64,000 bases of DNA from an uncultured Bacteroidaceae bacterium (GTDB lineage Bacteria > CAIWAD01): assembly GCA_964568855.1 (NCBI GenBank), contig CAZMSD010000003.1, forward strand, positions 25,848-89,847, written 5' to 3'. Below the pieces are notes generated by a model that saw only the letters and a list, made by a program, of their open reading frames with translations, did not search any database and was not told the origin of the DNA. A program made the position numbers and the translations under genes. Within the stretch, counting starts at the first letter, position 1. Every line of letters starts with the position of its first letter. Shown here piece after piece: positions 31,501 through 38,494 of the stretch.

Positions 31501-32409
31501 ATCTACGTGCCGGCGCCGGACGGCCGTCGCGTTCCCCTGGAGCAGCTGGCCGAGCTGCGCTACCAGCGCGGCCCCCAGATGATCAAGAGCGAGGACAATT
31601 TCCTTCTGGGCTACGTGCTCTTCGACGGCCGCGAAGGCCTGGCCGAGGTGCAGGTGGTGGAAGAGGCCCGGCTTGAAATCGAGCGGCGCCTGGCGGAGGG
31701 CGAGCTGGTCCTGCCCTCGGGAGTGAGTCTGAGTTTCGCGGGGACCTACGAGAACCAGCTGCGCGCCGCCCGAAAGCTGCTGGTGGTCATTCCGCTGGCC
31801 CTGGCGATCATCCTGGTGCTGCTCTTCCTGCAGTTCCGCTCGCTGGGCACCACCGTCCTGGTCTTCAGCGGGGTGGCCGTGGCCTGGGCCGGGGGCTTCC
31901 TGCTGATCTGGCTCTACGGGCAGCCCTGGTTCCTGGACTTCGAGATCTTCGGCGCCCAGTTCAGGGAGCTCTTCCAGGTGCATCCCGTGCATCTCAGCGT
32001 GGCGGTCTGGGTGGGTTTCCTGGCTCTCTTCGGCATCGCCACCGACGACGGGGTGATCATGGCCACCTACCTGGACCAGAGCTTCCGCAGTCGCAGGCCC
32101 GGGAGCCCGCACGAGATCCGTGAAGCCGTCAAGGAGGCCGGCGGCCGGCGGGTGCGGCCCTGCCTGATGACCACGGCCACCACGGTCCTGGCCCTGCTGC
32201 CCGTCCTGAGTTCCCAGGGCCGCGGCGCGGACGTGATGGTGCCGATGGCGATTCCCGTCTTCGGCGGAATGCTGGTGGAGGTGGTCACCATGTTCACCGT
32301 GCCGGTGCTCTATTCCGCCGCGAAGGAATGGCGCCTGCGGTCCCGGTCGCCGGGCCCGGACCGCGACGTCCGGGACGCGGACTCGCTGATCGCGGAAAGC
32401 CGACCATGA
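28528..32409 (+). CDS. Heavy-metal efflux RND transporter (CusA/CzcA-like), extended 1293-aa form.
   Basis: Its HME-RND core is homologous to the czcA at 1791-4886. It carries ~250 extra residues: four additional hydrophobic helices after TM6 (approx aa 545-680) and an insertion in the second periplasmic loop (approx aa 740-860, rich in R/D/P). Confidence 0.85.
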   Translation: MATERGSITEIPAEPRRTEDLLTRLIRFTLDFRFIVVLGLLVLLGWGLRTAPFDWELGGLPRDPVAVDAIPDIGENQQIVFTRWPGRSPQDVEDQLTYPLSANLLGLPGVKTVRAYSMFGFSTIYVIFEEQVEFYWSRSRLLEKLASLPPGLLPEDATPVLGPDATALGQVFWYTLQGADAEGNPTGGWDLAELRSIQDWNVRLALMSVEGVSEVASVGGFVQEIQVDVDPDAMRARSVSLADVMHALKMAGAETGAGSIEINRVEYVVRGVGFVRELGDVEEAVIRSEGGTPVRIRDVARVVLGPAPRRGALDVGGAEAVGGVVVVRYGENPLAAIQAVKRKIAEISPGLPRKTLPDGVESQVRIVPFYDRTQLIHETLSTLNDALVGEILVTLIVVLLMVRHLRSSLLIAGLLPAAVLICFIAMKLGGVEANIVALSGIAIAIGTMVDMGIVVSENILRHLAEDAGGGKPRGRVLKATREVAGAVLTALATTVVSFLPVFTLEAAEGKLFRPLAYTKTFALVAALLLALAVIPPLAEFLFTRRLRRGGVLGLGLLLATAGTWLLFGAYPAAGLLVLLAGLVKLAEPWLPGALEPWRRKLDLALVVLLAAYWLAEHWLPLGGDRPFALNLALVALLIFGLLAFYRLVLRSYDGLLDWCLSHKTVFLALPLSMLVLGGLIWSRTGDEFMPPLDEGSYLFMPSTMPHASMSEVQEVLQYQDASILNIPEVSQVVGKLGRAETPLDPAPLSMIETVINYLPEYLQGAEGGPRRFRFDPDSVDLVRDAEGRPLSAPDGEPYRSRGAYPRDSEGRLIPDAGGRYFRNWRAALDPGLNRGRAAWEGIQRPDDIWSEIVRAGEIPGTTSAPKLQPISTRLVMLQSGMRAPMGIKIKGPDLKSIESAALKIEELLREIPSVNRLAVVADRVVGKPYLELHVDRERIARYGISMGAVQEVIAAAVGGRTLAHSVEGRERYAVRVRYQREERDNLEALRRIYVPAPDGRRVPLEQLAELRYQRGPQMIKSEDNFLLGYVLFDGREGLAEVQVVEEARLEIERRLAEGELVLPSGVSLSFAGTYENQLRAARKLLVVIPLALAIILVLLFLQFRSLGTTVLVFSGVAVAWAGGFLLIWLYGQPWFLDFEIFGAQFRELFQVHPVHLSVAVWVGFLALFGIATDDGVIMATYLDQSFRSRRPGSPHEIREAVKEAGGRRVRPCLMTTATTVLALLPVLSSQGRGADVMVPMAIPVFGGMLVEVVTMFTVPVLYSAAKEWRLRSRSPGPDRDVRDADSLIAESRP

Positions 32410-32471
32410 ACGATTCGAACCGAAACGATAAACGACCGCTGACATACAACTGGAAACAAAAGGAGCACAGA

Positions 32472-33071
32472 ATGAAGATCATCCTCCTCGCCGCTCTCGG
32501 CCTGATGCTGGGCCTGGCGGTGCCCGATACCGAAGCGGGATGTCCTCCCGGATGCGACAAGGCCTGCTGCGCCGGCGTCCCGTCCGCTACTGCGACTGAG
32601 CATGAGCATCCCGGTCATTCCGCAGTGGAAGTGAAGCGGGGCGGAGCCGCGCCCGAACACCCCGCTGCCCCGGCTGAACTTCCCGTCCTCAAGGAGAGCT
32701 ATCCCTGGACCACCTGTCCCATCAGCGGCCTGGAGCTGGGATCCATGGGCGATCCCTATTCCATCGAGCTGGAGGGGCTGACCGTCAGACTCTGCTGCGA
32801 CGGCTGCGAGAAGAAGGCCCGGGCCAGGGCCGCGGAGATCACGGCCGATCTCAGGAAGGCAGTCATCGAGCGCGACTCCCGGGATTATCCCCTGGAGGAA
32901 TGCCTGACCTGCGGAATGCATCTCAAGGATGGACGCGGCCTGGACATGGTTCACGGCAGCACCATGGTGCGGCTCTGCGGTGAAATGTGCCGCGTCAGTT
33001 TCGAAGGGGATCCCGAGGCGCGGGTCCAGCAGGTCCTGCGAGCCCGGAACGAGCAGGCGAAGAGGCAGTAG
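32472..33071 (+). CDS. Periplasmic Cys-rich protein with two YHS-type metal-binding domains.
   Basis: An AGGAG RBS precedes the start. The signal peptide is MKIILLAALGLMLGLA. The N-terminal cluster is CPPGCDKACCAG. Two YHS-like modules follow (TCPISGLEL...RLCCDGCEKKA and CLTCGMHLKDG...RLCGEMCRVSFEGDPEA). The ORF track start at 32328 is too long. Confidence 0.65.
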   Translation: MKIILLAALGLMLGLAVPDTEAGCPPGCDKACCAGVPSATATEHEHPGHSAVEVKRGGAAPEHPAAPAELPVLKESYPWTTCPISGLELGSMGDPYSIELEGLTVRLCCDGCEKKARARAAEITADLRKAVIERDSRDYPLEECLTCGMHLKDGRGLDMVHGSTMVRLCGEMCRVSFEGDPEARVQQVLRARNEQAKRQ

Positions 33072-33165
33072 CCGGTTCCAGAGGGAGCGACGGGTCGCAC
33101 GCTCCGGGTCATTCGCCGGGGCGGGGCGCTTCGCAAAGCGCCTGCTCGGCGTCCAAGATTCCACT

Positions 33166-33205
33166 CCGGCGGGTTTCCTGTGGGAATTCCGCCGGAATTT
33201 TTATA
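33166..33205 (+). terminator. Candidate intrinsic terminator after the metal-efflux operon.
   Basis: CCGGCGG-gtttcctgtgggaatt-CCGCCGG followed by AATTTTTAT. A second GC hairpin GCGCTTcgcaaAGCGC lies at ~33126-33141. Confidence 0.35.
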
Positions 33206-33511
33206 GCTCCCCTCTGGAGGCCTCAGGGAGTCTGTTGGAACAAACAGGTTGCGCCAGGGTTCATCGAGTGGAACCGGAACCGGAGCGGCGGGCTCCATGA
33301 GCGGGCCGGCTCTGCAAGCCGGACCGGGAGGACAGGGTGAGCGGCGGCCCAGAGCGCTGATCGGCAATGCGAAGGAATTCCGCCGCAGATTCAACGTTTT
33401 CCCGTACATATCCCCCCTTGCGGCTTCAGAGCAGCCCCTCGACGGTCGATAGAACCAGTAGCTGATAAATCGGAACAACCCGCTCCCTTAGCCCAGACAC
33501 CGAGGTGCCCC

Positions 33512-35731
33512 ATGCTGAAGGAACTCGACAACCTGCTGAACGACGAGAGCACCGTGATCGCCCAGGACGAAACCCTCAACTTCGAGGACTACCTGGATCT
33601 GCTCCTGCGCGCTCCCTGGATCACCCGCACCACCCCGCAGCTCCTGCACGACATGATCCTGAGTCACGGCGTGGAACACGCGATCCAGCCCGGGAAACCG
33701 GTCAAGCACACCTATCATTTCTTCGAGACGCAGGAGATGGTGGGTCCCTTCGTGGTCTTCGGCCAGCAGAAGGCGAAAGAGAACATCGTCGAGAAGTTCG
33801 ACAATGCCGCCCGGGGCGCCGAGGCCTGGAAACGCCTGTGGATCCTGCTGGGCCCGCCCGGCTCCGCCAAGTCGCGGTCGATGGACGCCGTCAAGCTGGC
33901 CCTGTTCAACTACTCGCGCAGCGAGGAGGGCCGGACTTACACGCTGCTGCTGCCCTCGCTGGACGAGCGCCTGCGCGACCGGGCCGTCTTGGAGCAGGAC
34001 GGTATCTGGTACCTGCAGAGCCCGCTCTTCGAGCGCCCGCTGCAGGTGATTCCCGAGGAGGTCCGGCCGGGCTTCATCGACCGCCTGAACGAGCGCCTCG
34101 ACCAGCAGGCGCTGGCGGAATTCCTGCACCGTCACCCGCAGTACGACAACGATTACCGCATCCAGATCGACGGGCGCATCTCGCCCTTCAGCGACTACGT
34201 CCTGCAGGACTTCATGCGGGCCAAGAATCTGAACCTGCAGGAGCTCTTCCCCTACCTCAAGGTGCGCCGAATGATCTTCAACGCCACCACCAAGGCGGGG
34301 ATCGGCTCCTACACCCCTCGCGACGAGAAGAGCCAGGAGGCCGGCTCGCTGGTGGGCAACGTGGACTACAGCCTGCTGCCGCGCTTCGGCAGCGAATCGC
34401 ACCCCCTGGTGCACGACTACAAGGGCGAACTCTGCGCCGGCGCCAACGGCTTCGTGGAAATCCACGAGATCCTCAAGCTCACCGACCGCTTCCTCTACGA
34501 GCTGCTCTTCGCCACCCAGGACCGTTTCTTCAAGCCCGAGGGCCAGCCGCCGATCCCCTTCAACGGCGTGATCATCGGCCACACCAATTTCCACGAATAC
34601 AACATGTTCATCGAGAACCGCACCTTCGAGGCGCTGCGCAGCCGCACCACCTTCATCGAGATGCCGCTCTCGGTGCACTTCAAGGACGAAGAATTCATCT
34701 ACAACAACACCTATTCGAATAATACCCGGGACTGGAACAAGGAGCGCCGGCACCAGGCCCACGTCGCTCCCCATTCCATCGAGATGCTCAGCCTGGTGGC
34801 CGTGATGTCGCGGCTCTACGCTTCGAACCAGAATCCGAACCTGAGTCTCCTGCAGAAGGCGCTGATCTACGCCGGCCGCAGCGACAGCGGCGTGGACAAC
34901 AACATGGCGCGCACGATCCTCGAGGAATTCGAATACGTCAAACCCTCGGAGGGGACCTTCGGCCTGGACCCGCGCTTCATCCAGAACATCTTCGAGACCA
35001 CCGAGCATTTCCAGATCAACGAGTACGCCGCGAATCTGATGAAGCTCGAGCAGGACAGCGGCGGCCAGGCGATGCTGACCTCCATCGCGCTCGAGAACCC
35101 CTGTGTCACACCGCTGGACCTCTACGTGCGCATGGAGCACGCGCTGAAGGAGACCTTCGCCACCCAGAAGGCGACCCTCAGCCACTACGTGGAGAAGGTC
35201 CTGCCGCTGGCGCGCGGATGGATCTTCGGCCAGATCGCCAGCGACGTCTACAGCGCCATCCTGCGCGACGACTCGGTCATCGAGACCACCTGGAAAAAGT
35301 ACACGGACCACGTGCGGGCCTACGCCCACAACACCACGGTCAAGCACGACGTGACACAGGCGGACGCCCAGCCCGACGAGAAGTTCATGCAGACCATCGA
35401 GCAGTACCTGGGCGTACCCGAGAAGGACGTCTTCCGCAAGGAACTCTCGGACGCCATCGCCACCGTCAGCCACCAGGTCCTGCTGGCCGACGAGCCCTCC
35501 TACATGAGCGCCATCAAGCGTTACGTGTTCGAGAACGAGTTCAAGTCGGGCGAGAACATGAAGCTGCTGGGCTGGATCAAGAGCGGCACCAGCACCGCGA
35601 CGACGCACGCCCGCGAGCGCGAGCACCTGAACGAGACGATCCGCTACCTGATGGAAAACCGGGGCTGCTGCGGGAAGTGCGCCTTCCAGGCGCTGACCAT
35701 CACCGCCAACGCCTCCAGCATCTCGGCCTGA
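33512..35731 (+). CDS. prkA: PrkA-family serine protein kinase (AAA+ ATPase, YeaG/PrkA).
   Basis: The Walker A motif is ILLGPPGSAKS. PrkA-characteristic blocks are present (GELCAGANGFVEIHE, LLFATQDRFFKP...PFNGVIIGHTNFHE). The protein is 739 aa. Confidence 0.9.
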   Translation: MLKELDNLLNDESTVIAQDETLNFEDYLDLLLRAPWITRTTPQLLHDMILSHGVEHAIQPGKPVKHTYHFFETQEMVGPFVVFGQQKAKENIVEKFDNAARGAEAWKRLWILLGPPGSAKSRSMDAVKLALFNYSRSEEGRTYTLLLPSLDERLRDRAVLEQDGIWYLQSPLFERPLQVIPEEVRPGFIDRLNERLDQQALAEFLHRHPQYDNDYRIQIDGRISPFSDYVLQDFMRAKNLNLQELFPYLKVRRMIFNATTKAGIGSYTPRDEKSQEAGSLVGNVDYSLLPRFGSESHPLVHDYKGELCAGANGFVEIHEILKLTDRFLYELLFATQDRFFKPEGQPPIPFNGVIIGHTNFHEYNMFIENRTFEALRSRTTFIEMPLSVHFKDEEFIYNNTYSNNTRDWNKERRHQAHVAPHSIEMLSLVAVMSRLYASNQNPNLSLLQKALIYAGRSDSGVDNNMARTILEEFEYVKPSEGTFGLDPRFIQNIFETTEHFQINEYAANLMKLEQDSGGQAMLTSIALENPCVTPLDLYVRMEHALKETFATQKATLSHYVEKVLPLARGWIFGQIASDVYSAILRDDSVIETTWKKYTDHVRAYAHNTTVKHDVTQADAQPDEKFMQTIEQYLGVPEKDVFRKELSDAIATVSHQVLLADEPSYMSAIKRYVFENEFKSGENMKLLGWIKSGTSTATTHAREREHLNETIRYLMENRGCCGKCAFQALTITANASSISA

Positions 35732-35732
35732 C

Positions 35733-36848
35733 ATGAAACGCCACACGCCGCGGCAGCACATTCCCGAGACCCTCCTGCGGACCGTCGAGGTCAGCCGGAT
35801 CGACTCCTCGGAATCCGAGGGCGCCTTCAACGAGTTCATCGAGGAACAGCTCGAGGACCTGGTGGATCACATCCTCAACGAGGGCGACCTGGGCAACCGT
35901 GGAAGCGACATCATCGTCGAGATGGACGACATCCAGCCGCCCACGCTGGTCTACGGGGATACGGGCGGCGGCGGGAGCGGACAGGGACAGGGTCCCGGCG
36001 GCGAGAAGGGCCGCATCAGCTTCGGATTGCCCTTCGAGAAGTTCATGGATCTCGTGGCCGCCAAGTTGCAGCTGCCCGACCTGACCAAGGAGGGCAAGGG
36101 CCGGATCAAGCAGATCAGCTACGAGTTCAAGACCTTCGGTCCTTCCGGGGCGATCCTCGACAAGCGGCGCACTTTCCGGCGCGCGCTGAGGACCAGCATC
36201 GGAACCGGCGTCTACGCCCCCGACCGGGGCAAGCTCGATGTCTTCGTCCGCAGGCGCGACCGGCGCTTCAAGCTGCCGGTGCGGGTGGAGCGGCCGCGCT
36301 ACAAGGCGGTGGTCTTCTACATGGGAGACATCTCCTACTCGACCTACGGCGAGCGGCTCGAGATCGAGAAGCGCATCGCCAACTTCATCCACAACTGGCT
36401 GGATTACAACTACGGGCCGAACAACGTGGAGCACCGCTTCTTCGTGCACGACGCCGCGGCCTACGAGGTGCGCCCGGAGGAATTCTACACCGTCAAGAAC
36501 GCGGGCGGCACGCAGGCCTCCGTGATCTTCGAGCTGGTGTCGCAGATCGCCTTCAACGAGTACGACACCGAGTCCACGAACTTCTACGCCTTCTACTTCG
36601 GCGACGGCGAGCTCTTCGGCAACGACGCCGGGGACATCGTGCGCATCATCGCCGAAACCATGCGCCCCACCTTCAACCGCATCGGGGTGGTGGAAGTGCG
36701 GCCCAGCCGCATCAGCCAGCTGGCCAACAAGCTGAACGAGACCTTCGAGCACGACCGCGTCGTGCGCGTGGGCGAGATCCGCGAGAAGAAGCAGACCATC
36801 GAAATCATCAAGCTGCTGTTCAGGAGCGAGGGCCGTGAGGAGCATTAG
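35733..36848 (+). CDS. yeaH: DUF444/UPF0229 protein (YeaH/YhbH), the vWA-like partner of PrkA.
   Basis: It starts 2 nt after the prkA stop. It has the Gly-rich loop GDTGGGGSGQGQGPGGEKG and the conserved blocks FVRRRDRRFKLP and AVVFYMGDISYS. Confidence 0.85.
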   Translation: MKRHTPRQHIPETLLRTVEVSRIDSSESEGAFNEFIEEQLEDLVDHILNEGDLGNRGSDIIVEMDDIQPPTLVYGDTGGGGSGQGQGPGGEKGRISFGLPFEKFMDLVAAKLQLPDLTKEGKGRIKQISYEFKTFGPSGAILDKRRTFRRALRTSIGTGVYAPDRGKLDVFVRRRDRRFKLPVRVERPRYKAVVFYMGDISYSTYGERLEIEKRIANFIHNWLDYNYGPNNVEHRFFVHDAAAYEVRPEEFYTVKNAGGTQASVIFELVSQIAFNEYDTESTNFYAFYFGDGELFGNDAGDIVRIIAETMRPTFNRIGVVEVRPSRISQLANKLNETFEHDRVVRVGEIREKKQTIEIIKLLFRSEGREEH

Positions 36849-38454
36849 GACCGATTCGCAGCTTTACGAACTCGAGCAGCGCATTCTGTCTCACGCGGAA
36901 GAGCTGGGGCGCAAGCTGCCCGAAATCCGCTTCTTCATCCTCGACGGCATGGAATTCTCCTCGCTGCTGGAGAAGAACGTCTACCCGGTCAGCCCGGTGA
37001 ACATCTGGGAAGGCAAGCAGATGATCGACCGGCGCCATCGGATCGAGACCGGCCAGGAGTCGAGCATCTTCTACGAGGTGGTGCAGACGGGCCGGCCCTC
37101 CTACGCCTACCTCAGCCACGGCAACTCGCCCATGATGCAGGCCACGGTGATGGCGCACGTCTGCGGACACTGCGAGTTCTCCGAGCTGAGCGTGCTCTGC
37201 GACAGTTTCCCCGACCACACAGAGCGGGTGATGCATCTCGTGCGCAAGACCGAACTCAGCCGGCGCCAGATGGGCGAGTGTTTGTATCACGAGTACTGGA
37301 ACGCCTGCGAGTCCGTGGTCCCGCTGATCGCGCCGAATTCGCAGTTCAACCTGTCCCACTCCATCGACACCGACACCAGGATCAGCGAGAAGTTCGAGCT
37401 GCGCGAGGACGAGGAGCCCGAGCGGAAACCCTACGCACCCTTTTCGAGCACGCTCGAACAGCTGCTGGCCCGAGAAACCGGCGATTCGATCTTCGAGCAC
37501 GACCAGCGGGTGCGCGTCCGCCAGGAGCGGCTGAGCCGCCGCGGTTACAAGCTGCGGGCGCCCTGCCAGGACGTGCTGGCCTTCCTGCGCAATTTCGCTC
37601 CGGCCAGCAACTCGGAACGCGCGATCCTGGAGTACCTGTACACGGTCAACCTGCCCTACGATTTCGTGATCCGCAGCCAGATCATGAACGAGGGCTGGGC
37701 GATGTACTGGCAGAACGAGATCATGCACAAGCTCTTCGCCGAGCAGGCCGTGGGAGACATCATCGACTACGCGCGCATGTTCGCCGGGGTCTGCTACCCG
37801 AGGCCCTTCTTCCAGCGCAACCCGTATCACCTGGGCTACAATCTCTGGAAGCACATCCGCGACCTCTACGAGCGGGGGATGGTCTCGCTGGATTACATCG
37901 AAGAGACCGACCTGAAGCGCCGCGAGGACTGGAACGAGCCCGGCGGCCGGGACCCCGTGTGGGCGATGGAGCACCTGGTCTCGACCGTGACGGATTACGA
38001 GTTCCTCCGCCGTTTCCTGACTCCCGCGCTGATCCACGAGTTCCACCTCAACCGCTTCCCGAAGGAACTGGCGCAGCGCATGGGCATCAAGCCCAAGGAC
38101 GTCGTCAAGGAGGACCACCGGCACGTCTGGATCGACCCCGAGCCGATCAAGGACGAGATGCTCGGTTTCTTCGTCCATTTCTACCGCCCGCGGATCTACA
38201 TCATCGACGACGACTATCAGGACGGCGGCCTGCTGCTGTATCACCGCGACGACGGCCGCGAGCTGCGCACCGAGTGGATCAAGCCCACCCTGCGCAACAT
38301 CAACCTGATCTGGAAGGGGCCGGTGGCGCTCTACTCCCGCAACCGGCTCTACGGTTTCGCCGCCAACACCTACAAGGAGACCACGGTCACTGGCAGCAGT
38401 TTCGACACCGTGCTGGACCGCATGCGCCGCGACGAGAAGCCTCTGCGCGTGTGA
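36835..38454 (+). CDS. spoVR: SpoVR-family protein (YcgB-like).
   Basis: Its start overlaps the yeaH stop by 14 nt. SpoVR-family blocks are present (NEGWAMYWQNEIMHKLF, HLGYNLWKHI). The protein is 539 aa. Confidence 0.85.
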   Translation: MRSIRTDSQLYELEQRILSHAEELGRKLPEIRFFILDGMEFSSLLEKNVYPVSPVNIWEGKQMIDRRHRIETGQESSIFYEVVQTGRPSYAYLSHGNSPMMQATVMAHVCGHCEFSELSVLCDSFPDHTERVMHLVRKTELSRRQMGECLYHEYWNACESVVPLIAPNSQFNLSHSIDTDTRISEKFELREDEEPERKPYAPFSSTLEQLLARETGDSIFEHDQRVRVRQERLSRRGYKLRAPCQDVLAFLRNFAPASNSERAILEYLYTVNLPYDFVIRSQIMNEGWAMYWQNEIMHKLFAEQAVGDIIDYARMFAGVCYPRPFFQRNPYHLGYNLWKHIRDLYERGMVSLDYIEETDLKRREDWNEPGGRDPVWAMEHLVSTVTDYEFLRRFLTPALIHEFHLNRFPKELAQRMGIKPKDVVKEDHRHVWIDPEPIKDEMLGFFVHFYRPRIYIIDDDYQDGGLLLYHRDDGRELRTEWIKPTLRNINLIWKGPVALYSRNRLYGFAANTYKETTVTGSSFDTVLDRMRRDEKPLRV

Positions 38455-38494
38455 CAAATCCGCGGGACCGATCCTGGATTCAACGAGGAAGGAA

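Noticed and set aside
33225-33245. TGGAAC-aaaca-GGTTGC resembling a sigma-54 promoter upstream of prkA.
   Set aside because: The GG-to-GC spacing is 12 rather than 10, so it does not fit the -24/-12 geometry.
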